Assembly (NCBI GenBank): GCA_040954595.2
Contig: CM082594.2
Coordinates: 5,317,319-5,381,318 of the forward strand
Length of the DNA: 64,000 nt
From: Balanoglossus misakiensis
Taxonomy: Eukaryota; Animalia; Hemichordata
Direction of reading: 5' to 3'
A program made the translations under genes and the position numbers. Below, in pieces: positions 61,159 to 64,000 of the stretch; the stretch's first letter is position 1, and each line of letters begins with the position of its first letter. Below the pieces are notes generated by a model. That model made no database searches and was not told the origin of the DNA. It worked only from the letters and a program-made list of their open reading frames with translations.

Positions 61159-64000
61159 GTTGGAAATGATGGACAGGATTCTGAACTGATGGGCATCAAA
61201 AACCGGACGCGTGTCTTCGCGACGAGTTGTCCTCGGCTAATGATACTATCTCCTGGCGTGACTGGTGATGAGCGGCATAAGATCACGTGAACAAGAGATG
61301 ACCATCCCCATCCCTCCATAACCTTGCAAACACGTGCACGTGAAGACACATTTCGTGTCAGGGATTTCCTAGAGGGAATAGTCGCAATGCACATCGAACC
61401 GGATGCTCAGACCATCATTAGTGCGACACGTGGCTTTTTAATTGCCAACTGCATATTGGACAAAGGCTCAGAAAGGACAACCGGCGCACCAAGACCATGG
61501 TTTTGAGAAACACGTGCCTAATTATTTGGAGAGAAAAAAGTTTTTGACTTTGTTGCTTGGCCTCAAATGTAACGGAAAAATATGTTTTCTGATTATGTTC
61601 CTTGACCTCAAAAATGCATGCACCGCGCTGCATGGCTCCGAATTTTCACTGCAGGCAACCCCATTTTGTCTGGTACATGCTCCACGTGGTACGTGCGCAC
61701 TGACCAGCAATGCGAGCCGCATTAGTCTTAATTGGATCAGTTGCAAAACACGTAATAACGCTAATTTGACGGATAATATTCGTTCCTGAAAGGGCAATTT
61801 GGGTGACAGAGTTGGAAAATCGGTCGTCGTTAAAAAGGAAATGACGCTTAGTTTTATGGGGTTTTAATATAATCTGTGGTTTTAAATTGTTGTAAATTGG
61901 CGGAAATGCGCATACGTACAAATACCAAATATAAAACAAATAATGAAGAACTTGAACAACACATCCCGAAAAACAAACAGCGACATGGCAATACGCATGT
62001 GCGGTTTTAATATAACAAGTTCTGGGCTCGTTCTCAGACAGCTATTGGTTGAAGTTGGAACATGCAGAACTGAATGAAAAGACAAGTTGGGATTTTTTGC
62101 CTTCTGTGGACTACACACCGAGTTCTATTCAGACAAAAAAAAGGAAAATCACACGCGATTGAACCATTTCTCACAGACAAGCAGCGGTGCCAAGATACCG
62201 ACTAGCATACCGACTATCTGACCACAAATTGTGTGGATTATGGGTGGGTTATGGATTGGATCATGGATGTGATGGGGTATGATGATGCTGGCAATGTAGC
62301 CAAGATCAAAGAGGACACCACAGCCCCACCAATTTCTCTCTCACACTATATTGTTAATTGAATATTTTTGAATCATTTTATCATGTTATTTGCCAACTAA
62401 GCTAAGCCACAAGCGTAATATACCTGGCTGTCTGGTGTTACAGCGCCCCCTTCCGCCCATTTCACATACAGCGCTAGGCTTTTGGGTGATGTGTCTGATT
62501 AACTTATACACTGTACAGCAAATTTTGATGTTAACAATTGTTAAAATGTGAACGTCAGAGAGCGCTGTTCTCCGCTGTTCACAGTCGTCATTAATTGGGT
62601 CATGACGTATTCGTGTTACTTAATATATTGTGTCTTTGCGTTGCTTTTCAGTGACACGTTTGTCGTCACACTCGGCGTGACATGACGTCATATCGTTATG
62701 TACCAAAATTTGACATGTTTTTATAGTTAGCATTAAAAAAAAAACAAGTGAACGATTCTTGACACCAGGGGAAAGCGAATAAGATGCTGTGACGACTTTT
62801 CCTGTTTACGACAAAAAGTGGCATGAACGACAAGACATTATCTTCCTGTCAGTAATTTAAAGACATTTTTGCTCAAACAAGACCGGAAAGGAGACATAGA
62901 TCGTGAAATCAGCGTAAAATAACCCGCCAGGACAACTTTGTTCATAAACACGATGTCGTCTGCTTGGTAGGACGAACACTGTCAGAAAGTAAAGTCTCCA
63001 GCAACAGCGATTAGCATGTCGAGAAAATTACCAAAAGATGGAGCGTGCAGGAGTCATGATATTTTGTTGATCAAATCTGATGAACACTAAAGAGTAGCAA
63101 GCCGCTGGATATCATTGTACTGCGCCTCAATTGTGCCATCCTTAAAACCCATTTCCTGTTCTTCCCTTTCGCTCTTCCTATTGTTTACCGTTAAGAGTCA
63201 GTAATGCCTGGTTTCTCTTACTCGGAATAGAGACTACTCAAATGCTAATTTTCCCTAAACTGGCTCCATCATGGGTTCTGCAGCTACAGGTGGTCCCGAC
63301 GCTGCAGCTAATGACTATATGTCACAGAAACGGGCACCATTGAAATACCTGTACTGCTTGTATTAAGCGAGTGACAATCCCTAATGAAAATTCTCCCGCT
63401 AAAAATATACTTGAAAATTATCGTCTGGTAAATAATTGTACCAAATTCGTGTTTTTTCCCCAAAAAAACTGACAATGAGTCCTTTCTCTCCCGGAAAGTG
63501 TGTATAAGTGTTAATATAATTAAGTCTAAGTTGTTTCCGTATATTATGCCATACAGGACTTATTAACGCCTTAACCTGTTGATAGATAACAGAAAACTGA
63601 TCTCTCAAGTTTATTAGCGTCGTTGAAATGATGGTCTTTCACGCTCCATTAGACAATATTATAAAACGAGATGATACTACCAAGTACACGTTAATTTTGT
63701 TGTGATTTTTAGTTGACTCTACGTTGAAAAGACTGATTCCTCCTATTTTGGAAGCTCTATCGGGGATATATAATAATCAAAACTATCAAAATTTGTGGAG
63801 TGACTTTTCCTGTATAATATGTCGTGTATCAAAATTAGTTATGCTTTTGACTCTTTGGGGAACGGGCGGATGACTTGAAAGACGCCCCCTGCGACGTTAT
63901 TTGAGCACCGCTCTTAAAAGAGCAATGGTTATGAATATAGAATCATAGTGTGTATTATTTGATGTCATCTTAGCGTTTAGCCCCTTTGACATCCCCGTAT

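Overview
Animal genomic DNA with spliceosomal introns and many microsatellites. It is probably an invertebrate deuterostome, possibly a hemichordate; this is an inference from the Dlx sequence and repeat types recalled from memory. Three protein-coding loci are supported. (1) Exons 1-2 of a Distal-less/Dlx homeobox gene (minus strand, 1870-1021); exon 3 lies left of the window. About 45 kb of gene-free upstream DNA follows, with homeodomain, Hox/Pbx/Meis, RFX and CTCF-like motif clusters, microsatellites and MITE remnants. (2) A 19-exon plus-strand gene (46915-54337) that the ORF track misses, reconstructed by hand as one uninterrupted 678-aa secreted protein with 90 Cys. It is a head-to-tail triplication of a ~2.45-kb unit: linker, one-Cys microexon, two 6-Cys 'DGxCDDGG..GTDCxDC' modules and two hevein/chitin-binding type-1-like modules. 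Its exons diverge almost only by amino-acid-changing substitutions while its introns stay ~96-98% identical. This is the most interesting object in the window, a candidate diversifying recognition, defence or matrix protein. (3) A convergent two-exon aminergic class A GPCR (minus strand, 61158-56233, 903 aa) with a ~610-aa third intracellular loop, loss of both cysteines of the TM3-ECL2 disulfide, and an unusual ligand pocket. All coordinates and counts were done by eye and no database searches were run.
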